Shown: positions 62,284-64,000 of the stretch, one piece after another
Layout: each line of letters begins with the position of its first letter
How positions within the stretch are numbered: position 1 is the first letter of the stretch
From: the human T2T-CHM13v2.0 reference genome, Homo sapiens
DNA: 64,000 nucleotides
Strand: one strand, 5' to 3'
Assembly (NCBI RefSeq): GCF_009914755.1
Contig: NC_060947.1
Program-made: the position numbers and the translations under genes
Notes under the pieces: model-generated
Databases searched by the model: none
Seen by the model: only the letters and a program-made list of their open reading frames with translations
Told to the model about the DNA's origin: nothing

Positions 62284-64000
62284 AGAGATGACTTGTGCGA
62301 GGTCTTCCCTGTATAAAGGGGTGGGATGGGGAGGCAGTGAGTCTGCTCCAGTCTGTCCAGCAGGGTTAAATTTAAATGACCTTGCACAACTCTGGGACTT
62401 TGGGCACAACCTTTCTGGCTTCAGTAGCCTCACCTCTAAAATCTCTGAGGATTTGAGCTTGACCCTAATAATGTTAAACTACACTTTTCTGAGTGATAAG
62501 TGCTTCATGTGCATGATCTCACAACCACAGTATGAAGCAGATACTTTCATTAGTTTTATTTTATTGATGAGGAAACTGAGCCTAATGGAGTTCAGAAACT
62601 TGCCGAAGCAGGTAAAAATCAGAGCTTCCATTTGAGAGGAGCACTAGGTAATTCCAGGGCACTTGCTCTTAAACCCTGCCTCTCCATCTTTACAGAAAAT
62701 TCCAGCTTTAATACTTTATCATTCTGTGATTCAACCTTGATACTTTAGTGGGAATTGAGTGCCTGTTTGTTCCTGTAAGACCTATAATTGCCCACTGAAC
62801 TGCACTCTTTCTGGTGTTGGCCCAGTGTGGTGTAATGACACTTGTCTCCATTTAACAGGGAAGAGTGTGAAGATTAACGAGGTGATGATTGGTGTTTTAA
62901 ATCTGTTTAACAAAAGCTTGGTCTTGTGGGCTTCCATATGGGAAAAGAACGATTTTTAATAGGAGTGAGAAACTGATGGGCACCCAATAGCAAGAAGCAT
63001 TTTGTTTTTAGATGTCAGTCTCCTAAACCAAGAGCTATCATTTTGTTTAATGATTTCCAACCTGAATAAGTAGTATAACAAGTGAGCCTCAAAATCAGTC
63101 AACCAAAAGGCAAACATTTTTGTAACCAGGAGAGAGAGGAGCTTTACAGCCTTTAAGCAATATAATCGAAGAGCACTCCCTGCTATTTTACCAACTGCCA
63201 GCATAAAATATGTGGGTTTTAATCATTATATGCGACAGTTCAAACAGCCGGCCGATCAATCTAGTTTATTCCCAGGAAAAAAAAAATAAGCTTAGAACCA
63301 TGTGGTGTGTTTATTTTATTTATATGTTTCCAAATCAACTGCAAGGAATTAAGAATTCAAACACCATAAACATCGCAGTCAAGTAACACCCTCTCCTAAA
63401 AATGATGTGCTGAGCCCACTGGAAGATACAAACAGGGCCCGTGGAAAAGAAGTCAAGTGCAGGGGTTTGGCCTCCAGCAGTTCTCATGCACAGAGGAGCC
63501 AACAACACAATCCTTGAGCTAGACCCTGGTCTATTAACACCAACCCCATTCCTCCCTGGAGCATCCATTGCTTAGACGTTTTGACACTCCCTATTCCCCC
63601 ATCTCCATCGGGTCTCTCCTGCTTTCTCTTTCAGGGCACCTTGAACTTTCCCACAGAACATAAATAAAATGCACGCTACCCAGCTAGATTTTGGTGTTAG
63701 AAATCTGTGCTGCAGGAGTCTGCATGGCTTTTTGAAATGATCTGAGAAAGTTCCAAACATGTTCCCAGTGGCACTTCTTATCAACACTGCACTTTATGGC
63801 ATCAGGAAAGCCTTTAGCATGACTGGGAAGTTTGTAAAGTTTGTCTTCCCAAGACCATAGGTATAGGATGTCATGGCAAAAAAAAGTGGGATTTTCAGTC
63901 AGACAGGTCTCAGCTCAAATCCTAGTCCCATTATTTATTATTTATTTACTGGCCATGTGGTTTTAGGCTATCGCAGTGGCCATGAAAGTGGGCCACTCAG

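Overview
Mammalian (human-type, Alu/L1-rich) genomic DNA. From recall, it matches the Xp22.11 locus carrying the intronless SPT20-like retrogene SUPT20HL1 (FAM48B1). That is the only credible protein-coding gene (CDS 14919-17591, +, 890 aa: Spt20 domain, a pure-GCT polyalanine tract and a Q/P-rich tail). It is preceded by a CpG-rich promoter containing a ~166-bp tandem duplication with ETS/NRF1-like motifs and candidate 5'UTR splice sites. The window also holds two mRNA retrocopies: a 5'-truncated HMGN2 copy fused to an LTR8 fragment, and a SOCS3 3'UTR-only copy with target-site duplication (TSD) inside a MER5A1. Other contents are a degenerate interstitial telomeric tract, a long Z-DNA-prone CA/CG tract, several templated or micro-retroposed insertions, about 28 Alus, L1/L3/MIR relics, LTRs and DNA-transposon fossils. 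I see no evidence for a wholly new multi-gene system. Gene and repeat identities come from recalled consensus sequences, not database searches, and repeat boundaries are approximate.
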